NCBI RefSeq assembly: GCF_004010195.1
Contig: NC_057718.1
Location: 701,893-754,198 of the forward strand
Origin: Chiloscyllium plagiosum
Lineage: Eukaryota
Direction of reading: 5' to 3'
DNA length: 52,306 nucleotides
Shown here piece after piece: positions 37,601 to 48,609 of the stretch (positions are counted from its first letter, which is position 1; every line of letters starts with the position of its first letter). The notes under the pieces are model-generated. The model made no database searches, was not told the origin of the DNA, and saw only the letters and a program-made list of their open reading frames with translations. The position numbers and the translations under genes are program-made.

Positions 37601-38646
37601 ACTGACTACCCACAACTACCTCGATTACGTCTTCTGTCACCCACGCTCCTGTAGAAATGCTATCCCATACTCCCAATTACTCTGTCTCCACTGCATCTGT
37701 TCCCAGGATGAGGCGTTACACCTGGGATATCTCATTTATCTTTCTACTTTAGGGACCGTAGTTTCCCCTCCTCAATAAATTAGGAATGCCCTCAACCGTA
37801 TCTCCTTTATCTCCCAAACCTTTGCCCTCAAACTTCCCTCCAATAACAATAAGGATAGAGACCCCTTAGCCTTCACATACCACCCCACCAACCTTCAAAT
37901 CCAATGTATCGACCTTCAACATTTCCACCACCTACAATCAGACCCCACCACCAAAAAGATATTTCCTTCCCCATCCTTGTCTGCTTTCCACAGGGACCGC
38001 TCACTCCACAGCTCCATCGTCAACTCCACACTTCCCACCAACTTCTCAACCACACCCAGTACCTTTCCCTGCCCTGAAAGAGGTGCAACATCTCCCCCCT
38101 CACCTCTGTCCAAGACCCTAAACAATCCTTTCAGGTCCAACAGAGATTCAACTGCACATCATTTATTGCAGTTGATGTGATCTCTTCTATATCGGCAAGA
38201 CCAAATGCAGACTTGGGGACCAGTTCGTGGAGTTTCTATGCTCTGGACGCACTGACCAACCTGACCTTTTGGTTGCCATCCACACAAATTCCCCCTCCCA
38301 CTGCCCCAGCGACATGTCCATCCTTGGCCTCCTCCACTGTCAGAGTGAGGTCAAACGGAAACTGGGAAGCTTACAGCCCAATGGCCTTGACATCGACTTC
38401 ACCAGTTTTAAAGTCCCTCCTCCCCCAGCCTTATCCCATGTCTAGCCCCACTCCTCCTCCTCGCTTTCCCGACCTGTCCTAACCTGTCTGTCTTCCTACT
38501 CACCTATCCACTCCACCCTTCCCACTGACCAATCACAATAACCCCTTACCTGCATCCACCTATTACCATCCCATCTACCCTTTCCCCAGCCTCCGCTCCC
38601 ATCCTCTATATAGTTCTGGGCTCCCTCCCCATTCCCAATCCTGATG
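34611..38646 (+). mobile_element. Penelope-like element (RT and GIY-YIG) split by a CR1 insertion at 35386-37418
   Basis: FTMDLQALYT...FLQVKGIAVGTHMG (34990-35380). Resumes with YVDDCI (37440) and FYIGKTKCRLGDQFVE (~38185). Ends at ...aatcCTGATG. Confidence 0.87.
35386..37418 (+). mobile_element. 5'-truncated CR1 LINE
   Basis: DKSPDPDGIHPRLLRE, YMDFSKAFDKV, SGVPQGSVLG and [10 protein letters not shown]...LERVHRRFTR. The tail is gaagggcctgttcctgtgctgcaatgttcattgttc. Confidence 0.94.
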
Positions 38647-39205
38647 TTGCGTTGAGGTTGTCCAGGACATTGGTGAGGCTTCTTCTGTGATATTATGCCC
38701 AGTTCTGGTCTCCCAGTTATACAATGATGTCATCAATCTGGAGAGGGTTCAAAGAGATCTCCCAGGATGTTGCCAGGTGTGGAAGATTTGAGTTATAAAG
38801 AATGGCTGGATAGGCTGAGTCTTTTTTTTGCTGGAGTGTTGGTGAGAGGTGACCTGATAGAAGTTTATGAAATAATGAGAGGTATACATTGAGTTGATGG
38901 TAGTTGTCTTTTGCCTAGGATGGGGAATTTCAAGACGAGGGTGCGCATTTTTAAGGTGAGAGGAGAGAGATTTTAAAAAGACGAGGTGAATTTTTTACAC
39001 AGAGAGTGGTTCCCATTGGAATGAACCTCTTGGGGAAGTGGTGGATGTGGGTACCATTACGATGTTTAAAAGACACTTGGATGGATACATGAAGAGGAAA
39101 TGTTTGGAGGGATATGGGCCAGGAGCAGGCAGGTGGGACTGGTTTAGTTTGGGATTATGTTTGGCATGGACTGGTTGAACTGAAGGGTCTGTTCTCTATG
39201 CTGGA
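38647..39205 (+). mobile_element. CR1 LINE 3' end
   Basis: Degenerate QFWSP...LERVQ...RMLPG. The tail is ggcatggactggttgaactgaagggtctgttctctatgctg. Confidence 0.85.
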
Positions 39206-39322
39206 TGACGATAAATGGAGGAGTGCTTCAATGATGGTGGTGTAGTCTTTAGTTGAATATGTTGTAACTTTGTTCCGTTTTGTTCTGGAATGGATGAATA
39301 ACTGCCTTTGTTTGATTTTCAG

Positions 39323-39417
39323 AGATGTTCCCGATCTGGGTAGTCTTGCTTCTGTGTGGATTGATCATCGTGCTGACAATCGTCCTTTTGCAGCATCTGT
39401 TTCCAGGGCTGTTGTAA
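39323..39417 (+). CDS. PREB: PREB terminal coding exon (C-terminal transmembrane anchor and stop), 95 bp
   Basis: tttgattttcag|AGATGTTCC...CTGTTGTAA. Translates (Q)MFPIWVVLLLCGLIIVLTIVLLQHLFPGLL*, matching human [29 protein letters not shown]. Confidence 0.95.
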
Positions 39418-42110
39418 GCTCCTTTCTCGGGATGATGCTGCTACGGTTTACATCTGATCTGAGCAATACTGGGCAGAAAGACATTCTCAAGTAACCAGCA
39501 GCTCTTGTGAGCTTCAACACAAAGTGTCTGTGAAATTGGGTCATACACTGTATGACACCACTATTCATAGCTCTGCATAGCCTGGAGTTGCAAATCGCTC
39601 TGTACAGACCCCTTCAGACTATGCTCCGGACAGACAGTATATCTGAATTGACATTAATTAGATATCTGATGGATTGCCTCTGACTTCATTGATCCTTCCA
39701 TCACAAGCTCCCCCTCTGTACTCCTAACTATTCCTCACGTTTTTCCCATTGCCCAATGCTGTCCCCTCCCCCACTCACCCTGCCCTAATTTTTGATTTTT
39801 TCTGTTCTGTTGAGGATTTTCTAAAATGAATGCTATTGTCTGTGGTACAGGTGGATCTGCAGTAGATGTCCATGGAATTTGTTCTGTGATATTGCGGTTT
39901 GGCAGCTGACAGAATTTCATAAGAATATTCAGTGAACTCCCTCCCCATTTACTCAAAATTAATCATGCTCAGCGATGGTGTTTAAGAGGCTTAAAAATAT
40001 TGATGTTTAAAAACATTCACAGCATTTGCAACTTGAGAGTGTTACCATGGCATCTTTTCTCTTGCCCTGCTGTTTCCCCAACAACCTCACACTGATTATT
40101 TTCCCCTTCTCCCTCACCATCCAAACTGCTCGAAGGGTATAATTGTGAGTGAGATTATGAGGCCTCTGGCATTAGATGTGAGGAACCTGGGTCTTGGTGC
40201 TGGGATTTAAGAGGGTGAAGTTGTTACATGATTTGTGCTCCTTGTTATCAGTGACTAATATGCTCACACATCAACGTAAATCCCAGAAAATATTTGTTGA
40301 ACTAATGTTCTTTATCAACTCTCTAACCAACATGATATTTTAATAAGGCAACATTGTATGTTTCAGCCTGCCTCAGACTGAAGGCTCTATCACGGGATTA
40401 CAGCAGCTTAATATTGTTGGTAAATATGTAGATTAGACCATCCTTAAAATATAGAACCCACCTTCAAACTGAATCTGGACACCTATCATGAGGGAATTCC
40501 TTACTTGATGACTATGTGCACTTTCCTACTGTTGCCTGCTGTGAAAGGGCAGGATCTGAGCAGTACAGCGGAAGCTGTAAAACCAAAGCAAGATACTGTG
40601 GATGCTGGAATTCTTAAATAATAATGGCAAGTGCTGGAGAATCACAGATCGGATTCCATCACTGGAGAGAGAAACCGTTAACATTTCGAGTCTAATATGA
40701 CTCTTCTTCATATGACACTGGAATGGTTTGTTCAGTTTCTCTGTCCATAGATGCTTCAGACCTGCAGAATTTCTTCAGCACTTCCTGTTTTTATTAATGA
40801 TTTAGAGGGAGTTTTACTCTATCTAACCTTGTGCTCTACCTGTCTTGGGAGATTTTAATGGGAACAGCATGGAGTCTGCAGCTAACCTAGTACTAAACCT
40901 GCTCTGGGTGTCCAGATTCAGTTTGAGGGTGGGTTCTGTAGGTTAAGGATGGTCTAATCTCCATATTCACCAGTATAGAGGGAAGAAAGACAAAGTGCTG
41001 GAGAAATTGAGTAGGTCTGTCAGTATTTGCAGGCAGAAAATACACAGGTAACCTTTCACCTCTGGTGACCCTCTGTCAGAACTGAGCAGTACATAACCCT
41101 GTGCTGGACCTGTCCTGGGAGTGTTGATGGGCACAATGTGGAGGGAAGGAGTCTACTTTGTACCTGTCTGGGAGTGTTTGACCAGAACAATGTAGAGGCT
41201 GGTTTACTTTGTATCTAACCCTGTGCTGGACCTGCCCTGAGAGGAATTAATGGCGAAAGTGTAGGGAGCTTTACTCTGTGTCTAACCTTGTGCTGGCCCT
41301 GTCCAGTGTTTGATGGGGCGGTGTTAAAGGAGTTTTATCTAACCTGTATTGTACTTGCCTTGGGAAATGGAGTAAAGTCAACTGTAGGGGGAGCTTCAAA
41401 CTATACTGTCCTTCTGTTAGGAAATGCGTGATGCTGGCCATGGATAACTGACTAGAAATGTCTCTTTCTCCAGCACTTGTAACCCCATCCTGATTATAAC
41501 TACTTCAAAAAAAAATGCATCAGAATGTTTGTTTTTAATGTCCTGGTATTTGAGATGTTTTTTTTACAGAACAAGATGATGTAAATTAAAGCAGAACAGA
41601 CGAAGTGTCTTGTCTGTCTGATTGCATGATTCAGGGAATTATTGCTGACAGAATCTCAGAACTTGCATTCCCATGTCCACCACAGAGCCCCTTCATCCCA
41701 GATTGTGACCACATTCCACCACATTCCTTATCCATGTGAATGTCTCTTTCCTCATGGGCCTTTCTCATTCCTTTTTTGAAATGCCATGAAACTGCTGAAA
41801 GTCCTGTAGGTATTTCAAGAGGAGCTTAGCAAGATGTAGAGTAAAAGAACAAAACATGCAAAAATGCACATGTCTAGCAGCATCTGTAGTGAGAAAGAGC
41901 TAACCTTTCAACTCCAGTGGTCTTGCATCAGTTACAGGCATGAAATATGACCTCTGTTTCTCTCTCCCTCTCTGCCAGTGTTTTCTGTTCTTATTTCAGA
42001 TTTTCAGCATTTCCAGAATGAGATGCAAGTTCATTTAAAGGCATTCACAGATGATACTAGTACATGAGGAAATGATCAATTTTATAAATAAATACTTTCT
42101 ACTGTGACAG
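39418..42110 (+). other. PREB: Putative PREB 3' UTR (end uncertain; candidate AATAAA at 42087-42092)
   Basis: Mostly non-LINE sequence after the stop codon. AATAAA is followed by the resumption of CR1 debris. The 3' end is inferred only. Confidence 0.45.
40806..41400 (+). repeat. Degenerate ~65-70-bp tandem repeat (about 6-7 units)
   Basis: Recurring gggagctttactctgtatctaaccctgtgctggacctgccctgggagtgtttgatggg-like unit, interrupted at ~40900-41088. Confidence 0.7.
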
Positions 42111-42179
42111 AGAGCAAAGTACAAGGAATAGAGAATTAAAAACATATGAGATGGGAACTAACTGTATTGATAAAATGAT

Positions 42180-42896
42180 ACTGGAGAAAATATCAGGGTT
42201 TGTGCGTGGATAAATTTCCAGGACATGATGCTTTGTACCTGAAGATCATTGAAAGAATTTGAGAAAATTCCAGAAGCATTAGTTACAATCAGGACATGAT
42301 AGAATTTAATATACAGTTCACAACTGAGAAATTTGGGTCACAAATGACTCTAATTCCTATTATTTAAGTTAAACAATGAAATTAGGAAAGAGTTATTTAA
42401 AATGAACTGGGCAGATAGATCAACAGGAATGACAGTAAGTAATCTGGGCAGATGTTTAAGGAGGTGGTATGTGATTATCAGTGAAAGTACATCCCAAAAA
42501 GGAGAAGAGATCCTAGGAGAGGGATAAGCCAACTATGATTTATCAAGGAAGTTGAGGAGTGATTGAACTTAAAGAAAAAGCATAAAATAGGCAAAAGTTG
42601 GTGATAGACCCAAAGACTGGAATAAATTCAGAATCTAGTAAAGGATAACGACCAAGAAAATAAACTATGAGGGCAAACTATTGAGGATTTTTTTTTTTTT
42701 TTAAACTGACAGCTCCTTTAAATATATAAAAAGGAAGAGAAGGGTTACAGTGAATATAAGACCCTTCAAAAACTAAAAGAAATGGCAGAGGAATTAAATG
42801 ATTATTCTCCATTAGTCTTTGCAGTTGAAGATATTTCAAAGATCCTATTAATAATAAAGTATTTGGGGGAGGAGTTAAGTACAATTACCATCACTA
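42180..42896 (+). mobile_element. Old CR1 ORF2 fragments running into the gap
   Basis: Degenerate DK(F)PGHD and MAEELNDYSxLVF motifs. Confidence 0.65.
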
Positions 42897-43396
42897 NNNN
42901 NNNNNNNNNNNNNNNNNNNNNNNNNNNNNNNNNNNNNNNNNNNNNNNNNNNNNNNNNNNNNNNNNNNNNNNNNNNNNNNNNNNNNNNNNNNNNNNNNNNN
43001 NNNNNNNNNNNNNNNNNNNNNNNNNNNNNNNNNNNNNNNNNNNNNNNNNNNNNNNNNNNNNNNNNNNNNNNNNNNNNNNNNNNNNNNNNNNNNNNNNNNN
43101 NNNNNNNNNNNNNNNNNNNNNNNNNNNNNNNNNNNNNNNNNNNNNNNNNNNNNNNNNNNNNNNNNNNNNNNNNNNNNNNNNNNNNNNNNNNNNNNNNNNN
43201 NNNNNNNNNNNNNNNNNNNNNNNNNNNNNNNNNNNNNNNNNNNNNNNNNNNNNNNNNNNNNNNNNNNNNNNNNNNNNNNNNNNNNNNNNNNNNNNNNNNN
43301 NNNNNNNNNNNNNNNNNNNNNNNNNNNNNNNNNNNNNNNNNNNNNNNNNNNNNNNNNNNNNNNNNNNNNNNNNNNNNNNNNNNNNNNNNNNNNNNN
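42897..43396. other. Assembly/scaffolding gap, exactly 500 N
   Basis: Run of N with a round length, which indicates a placeholder of unknown true size. Confidence 0.99.
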
Positions 43397-43487
43397 ATAG
43401 CATCTTGGTATTATCATCTGGTCGGCATGGACGGGTTGGACCGAATGTCTGTTCCTGTGCTGTCCATCTCTATGACTCTATGACTCT

Positions 43488-43686
43488 ATTTCCTCCGGGT
43501 GCTCTGGTTTCCTCCCACAGTCCAAAGATGTGCAGGTCAGGTGAATTGGCCATGCTAAATTGCCCGTAGTGTTAGGTAAGGGGTAAATGTAGGGGTATGG
43601 GTGGGTTTCGCTTCGGCGGGTCGGTGTGGACTTGTTGGGCCGAAGGGCCTGTTTCCACACTGTAATCTAACCTAATCTAATCTAAT
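43488..43686 (+). mobile_element. HE1-type SINE 3' half with (AATCT)n tail, following a CR1 3' end (43420-43487)
   Basis: tttcctccgggtgctctggtttcctcccacagtccaaagatgtgcagg...gtttccacactgtaatctaacctaatctaatct. Confidence 0.9.
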
Positions 43687-43965
43687 TCAGAGACCAAGTA
43701 ACATTCCTGCCATTGCAGATGATGCAATTTAAATTAAATAATTTTTTTAAAAGTCTGGAATTAAGAGTTTAATGATACAGTGAAACCATTCTGATTGTTG
43801 GGAAAAATCAATCTGGTTCACTAATGCCCTTCGGGGAAAAAAATCTGTCATCCTTTTCTTACCTACATGTGACTCCAGACCCACAGCAACGCGGTTGATA
43901 CTTAACTGCCCTCCTGGCAATAAATACTGGCTTTGTGATATGGATAAATGAACTAATTTTTAAAA
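43686..43965 (+). mobile_element. Second copy of the L2-tailed SINE (as 20160-20503), degenerate
   Basis: ctggttcactaatgcccttcgggg...acctacatgtgactccagacccacagcaa...cttaactgccctc. Confidence 0.78.
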
Positions 43966-45094
43966 AGAAATTTATGTTCCCCAGTATTAATTCTCCAGTC
44001 TCATCTTCCAATTGACCAACATTCACTTTAGCTACTCTCTTTCCTTTTATATACAGAAGCTTTTGCTATCAGATTTTATATTTTGCTCTAGTCTTTTATC
44101 ATAATTTATCTTTGCTCTTTTTATTACTTTTTTAGTAATCCCTTCTGGTTCTTTATAAGTTTCCAATCTCCTCGCCTGCCAACCACCTTTGTGATATGAT
44201 ATGCCTTAGTTTTGGTCTGTACATTATTTTTTAATTTCTTTCAGTAGCCATGCATGTTCATTTCCTCGTCTTTCTCCCTTTCTGGAATATATATTATTTG
44301 GGAGCAATTAAATACCTCATTAAAAAGCTGCCATTGTTCCTACTAGGTCCTATTTTCCCTGCCCAGTCCATTGGAGCCAGATCTGTCTTTATGCCTATGT
44401 ATCTACCTTTATTTAACTCCAGAACAATAGTGTAGGACTCCAGTTTCTCTCCCTCCAACTGATTTTGAAATTCTAACATACCATGATTGTGATTGCATTG
44501 AGAATTGTGATCTGATTGTGTCCGACTCCATCACACTCACCCTCAGATAAGCTTTGATTTCCTGCCTAACGAGAATCCAGCATCTCCAGCTTTGAGATAA
44601 TTGTTAAGAATACATGGAGCAGTTCACAGCTGATGCATGAATTCATTCAGTGGCAGAACAGGCTGAAGGGCCTAAATGATATCTTCCTGTTCCTCCATCA
44701 AGTGCTGTCATGACTGCATCTTCCAGACAAGCGATAAATCTTGCAAATGTGAAAGAAGTTGTGTCAGCCATGCAGAGGGAGGTACTCGGATGATGTCAGT
44801 GCTTGGAAGGGATAGATGACCATGGAAGGTGATGGTGATGATCAGGTGATGGTGGGAGAGAGAAAGGGGGTTATTATGATTGTGGGGGAGGGGGACTGGA
44901 TAATAGTTAGGGAAACCAGAAGAGATGGTAGCTTGACTTTCTCAAGGAGGCACATAACAATGGCTATTCATGGGAAAGTGTTAGGTTGGTCTCGGAGTGA
45001 TGTTTGGGAGAGTGGTTAGTTTTTCTTCTTGTCTTATTGATGAAAGAATTGAGAATAGTCTAAATCTGGATCTTCATTGTTTTGTCTTTCCTAG

Positions 45095-45130
45095 GTATTG
45101 AAGGACCCCCCGGACCGCCTGGACCACAAG
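45095..45130 (+). CDS. EMILIN1: EMILIN1 collagen-like mini-exon, 36 bp
   Basis: tttgtctttcctag|GTATTGAAGGACCCCCCGGACCGCCTGGACCACAAG|gtaagg = (G)IEGPPGPPGPQ(G). Gly-X-Y repeat, phase 1 to 1. Confidence 0.9.
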
Positions 45131-45574
45131 GTAAGGCATGCCCACTGTGTAACCAGCTCTCTGTGCCTTCCCACAGTATCAGTGTCCATACTCCTGCATC
45201 TCCATCCCTAGCTATATCTCATCATCCCAGGGCTGACATCATAACCAATTTCCCTGCTTCTGGTCCAATCGAAAGCAAAGTGACAGAAAATGTCCTTGCT
45301 CAGAGCTCTTATTGGCACTTATGGTAATGACCCTATTTCTGAGCCAGGAGGCCTGGTTTGAAGGTGTGAAATAATATACCTGAACAGATTGATTTAAAAA
45401 TATCTTGGCATTCTTGTCAGAACCATTGGTGACCCTTACTCACCAAAAACCTACTCCTTCAGATGTAGTGTTAGTGTCTCTGATTCTGTGTCACCCGGTG
45501 TCCTAGCCTTCCTTTTCATAGTAGTTGGCTTTACTCATGATATTTTGATTTCTGATGCATTCTAATTCTCTCAG

Positions 45575-45709
45575 GTCCTGCAGGTGAAGATGCCTTCATT
45601 GAACGGATTTCATTCTCTGCAGCCCTCACCAGTCCTCAACTCAATCCTGGGACAATCCTGTTTGATAAGGTATTGGTGAATGAGGGAAACCATTACAATC
45701 CAAACACAG
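45575..45709 (+). CDS. EMILIN1: EMILIN1 exon: end of collagen stalk and start of gC1q domain, 135 bp
   Basis: ctaattctctcag|GTCCTGCAGGT...AACACAG|gtgaga. Translates GPAGEDAFIERISFSAALTSPQLNPGTILFDKVLVNEGNHYNPNTG (human VAFSAALSLPRSEPGTVPFDRVLLNDGGYYDPETG). Confidence 0.94.
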
Positions 45710-45797
45710 GTGAGACATGCATTCCCTGCCTTAACTATTCTGAAATCTTTTGACCCTCCTTTTTAACCTGGAACGCCCTCTCTCCTGTTACTTGCAG

Positions 45798-46126
45798 GTA
45801 TCTTCACCGTCCCATATGATGGCCGCTATTTCATCAGTGCCATTCTAACTGGACATCGCAACCAGCGGATTGAAGCCGTCCTCGCAAAGTCCAACGCTGG
45901 GCTGGCAAGGATTGACTCAGGGGGTTTCCAACCTGAAGGATTGGAGAACAGGCCTCTGCTGAGGGCTCCACCTATCTCAGCATCCGTGGGCATCTTCAAC
46001 ATCATCTTACCACTCCGCCAAGGTGACACTGTCTGCATTGATCTGGTTACAGGCAGACTGGCCCATTCAGATGAACCACTGACTGTTTTTAATGGGGTTC
46101 TTTTATATGAAGATGAGGACATTTGA
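45798..46126 (+). CDS. EMILIN1: EMILIN1 terminal exon, gC1q domain
   Basis: ttacttgcag|GTATCTTC...ATTTGA. Translates GIFTVPYDGRYFISAILTGHRNQRIEAVLAKSNAGLARIDSGGFQPEGLENRP...GIFNIILPLRQGDTVCIDLVTGRLAHSDEPLTVFNGVLLYEDEDI*. It carries the EMILIN1-typical DSGGxxPEGLEN and GDTVCxDLVxGxLAHS motifs. Confidence 0.94.
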
Positions 46127-46589
46127 TGGGCTTACCCTGTCTCGGGGGCAATATTTAAACAGAAATATATTCAGAGCTCTTTCATACCAACTACAAGATC
46201 GAGAGACTGATCTCCACTCTTCTGAAGAAGGGTCACTGGACCTGAAACATTAACTCCGCTTTCCTTCCACAGATGCTGCGAGACCTGCTCAGTCTCTCCA
46301 GTAATTTCTGGTTTTGCTTCCCAGTGCCGGAGAGGTATTTAAGGTAAAACAAGGTATGTAGCAATCTCTTCCACCAACTGATGTTGCAGGAGGGAACGCA
46401 ATAAGTTTCAAGTTCAGACCTCACACCCCTATTTTATCTTTTTAAAAAAGATTCACATTTAACCGAAGACCGGACCCAATGCCCAGGATCCAGCAGATGG
46501 CTGGGCAGGTTTGGTGTCTGGGATATGGAGAAGAATCCAAATTATTGAGTTTCTTATAAAAACTGTCAGTTGACAGGTGACTGTTTATT

Positions 46590-46595
46590 AATAAA
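46590..46595 (+). terminator. Candidate polyadenylation signal (AATAAA) for EMILIN1
   Basis: AATAAA about 465 nt after the stop, followed by T/GT-rich sequence (ggtattgtctccttgtttt). Confidence 0.6.
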
Positions 46596-48482
46596 AAAAG
46601 TTCACTTTTTTAACAAAGGTATTGTCTCCTTGTTTTCAACTGAAGTGATGTGGAGTCGTTACTAATTTCAAACACTTCCTTCATTCTCCCTCCTCAGTGA
46701 GAGGTACAGGTGGGAGACGTAGAGACAAAGAGATTGTCCTGAGATTGAAACCTGGTAAGTGGTGATTAAAGTGTAAGTGGGAATTCAGTGTGTGAGAGAA
46801 AGATGTACTTTAAGTGAGATTTATTGCAATTAGTAAAATAATCTGGATGAGTTGGATGGATGAGTGCGTAGCATAGAGACATAAGACGACTTGTAAAGTT
46901 GTTGGGGAAAGAAGTAAATTGTGCAGTGGGTGACTCGCTCGTCACGGTCCAACCCTTGAGTATTGGCTGGTTTATTGGTGAGCTCACGGGAAGAGATAAG
47001 GTGACCAGCTCAATCAGATGGCCACAGGTCACTCCCAGATCTTTTGCTGCCTTTACATCTGTATCATTCTGTGGACACATTTAGCAAATGGGACCGGTTT
47101 CTCCTTGCGGGATTCCTGGGATGGCCCCTGATATAGGATGGTCCAGGCCACTCACTCCCATGATGGACCTTTCATCTTTAGAGTAAGGGAAGTTTTATAA
47201 TCAGAAGATGTTAGGGGCTCAGTCATTATCCTGGAATAAAATCTCCATCCCTCATCCCTCATCCCTGTCAGTGTCACCCCCCTTCCTCAGACAGGGTCAG
47301 TATGCCAGACTTAGGCTCGGGATTCCGAGCAGAATGTAAGTTCTTTTTTACAGTGTTGTTGTTTTATCCCTTTTTTGTTATATTCCTCAGTCTTAGCGGC
47401 CTTACACTATTTCTCCTGTTCCCTTTCATCTGCCCATTCACACTCAGCTATGAACATCTCCCAGCTTCTGGGAGTTCCACCTGCTGTACTTACCTCTATC
47501 CCCCCAGCACATGCAGAATCCTTCCAACTGGCCAGTAAGATATCTTTCCCATTTCCTATCGGCTTTATCTGTCTGTTCTTTAATAAATAATGAATCAATG
47601 CAGCCATGTTTCAAATTAACCAGGAGGCAATGACACAGGTCACTGACCATGTATAAAGCTAAAACCCTGCCAGTTAATTCTGATTTTGTGACTCAGGGCT
47701 ATAACAATTGGTGTTAAAAATAACTAATATAATCATTATCTATAACTGAGAAGTGAGAACTGAACAAGTGACTAAGACATTTTAAAAGTCATCAATATAA
47801 ACTGAAAATTCATTTATCCAAAATCCAATTTTAAAATGTAAAACGTATACAGTTTCTAATTCTGAAATCCATTATAATTACCTGTACCTGGATCTAGTCC
47901 CTCAATTTTCCTCAATGTTAGGTTTAGATTATTATTAAAAAAAAAATTCAGCAACTACCTGCTCTCATCCTGGAACAGGATGACTTTGCACCAGGGACCA
48001 GGATTTACAACGTTACTGCTTTTATTTCCTTTAGTCACTGATTTCATTAGGGCCAACACATGGGGGGGAATGGGCTGAAACTGATCTTTGGTAATAGCAT
48101 GAAATTATGGGGAATTTGAGAACAGGTTTATACTGATGTCAAATTGTAATGTTGTCTTCCTCCATATTAAATAGATTCAAATTTAAATAAGATTGGCTTT
48201 CATGTAAGTATAAAATGTCACCAGTTAGAAATTGAGAGTAGGCAGACACGGCCTGTAAGAAGAATGGGTGGGTTCATATTTCATTTCATAATCACTGATG
48301 GTTCCTTAACCTTAAAAGAAATCATCTTAAATTCCCAAAATGCAAATTAAATAAAAAACCATCCTGGATTTCGAGCTCTAAGGAATGAAACACATTCAAT
48401 CACCAACGAGCAAATGTGCATTCAAACCAGACCACAAAGAGTTAACCTTTCTGCAAGCTGAAGGGAATCAGCACTAAGTCAG

Positions 48483-48520
<38 letters not shown>

Positions 48521-48535
48521 ACACACAGACACACA
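48483..48535. repeat. (CT)n(CA)n microsatellite
   Basis: Directly visible dinucleotide run. Confidence 0.95.
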
Positions 48536-48609
48536 TGAACATTTCCAACTTTCTTCCTATCTCAGCTTTTGTTTATTCCTTGCTTGTAAGGGTAATGCGG
48601 CGTTTACTT

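Noticed and set aside
42782..43483. Long ORFs of 169-233 aa in the track
   Set aside because: Artefacts of translating the 500-N gap.
44728..44782. Candidate extra EMILIN1 exon (ttccag|ACAAGC...GGGAG|gtactc)
   Set aside because: Not Gly-X-Y or coiled coil, weak donor, and the only fully open reading is unrecognisable.
46766..47084. 104-aa minus ORF / 61-aa plus ORF downstream of EMILIN1
   Set aside because: No recognisable domain or splice support, and the lengths are compatible with chance.
47407..47650. Minus-strand exon with a strong donor (GAG|gtaagt near 47492)
   Set aside because: No convincing acceptor or recognisable protein, and no match to expected neighbours (KHK, CGREF1, OST4, ABHD1) that I can recognise.
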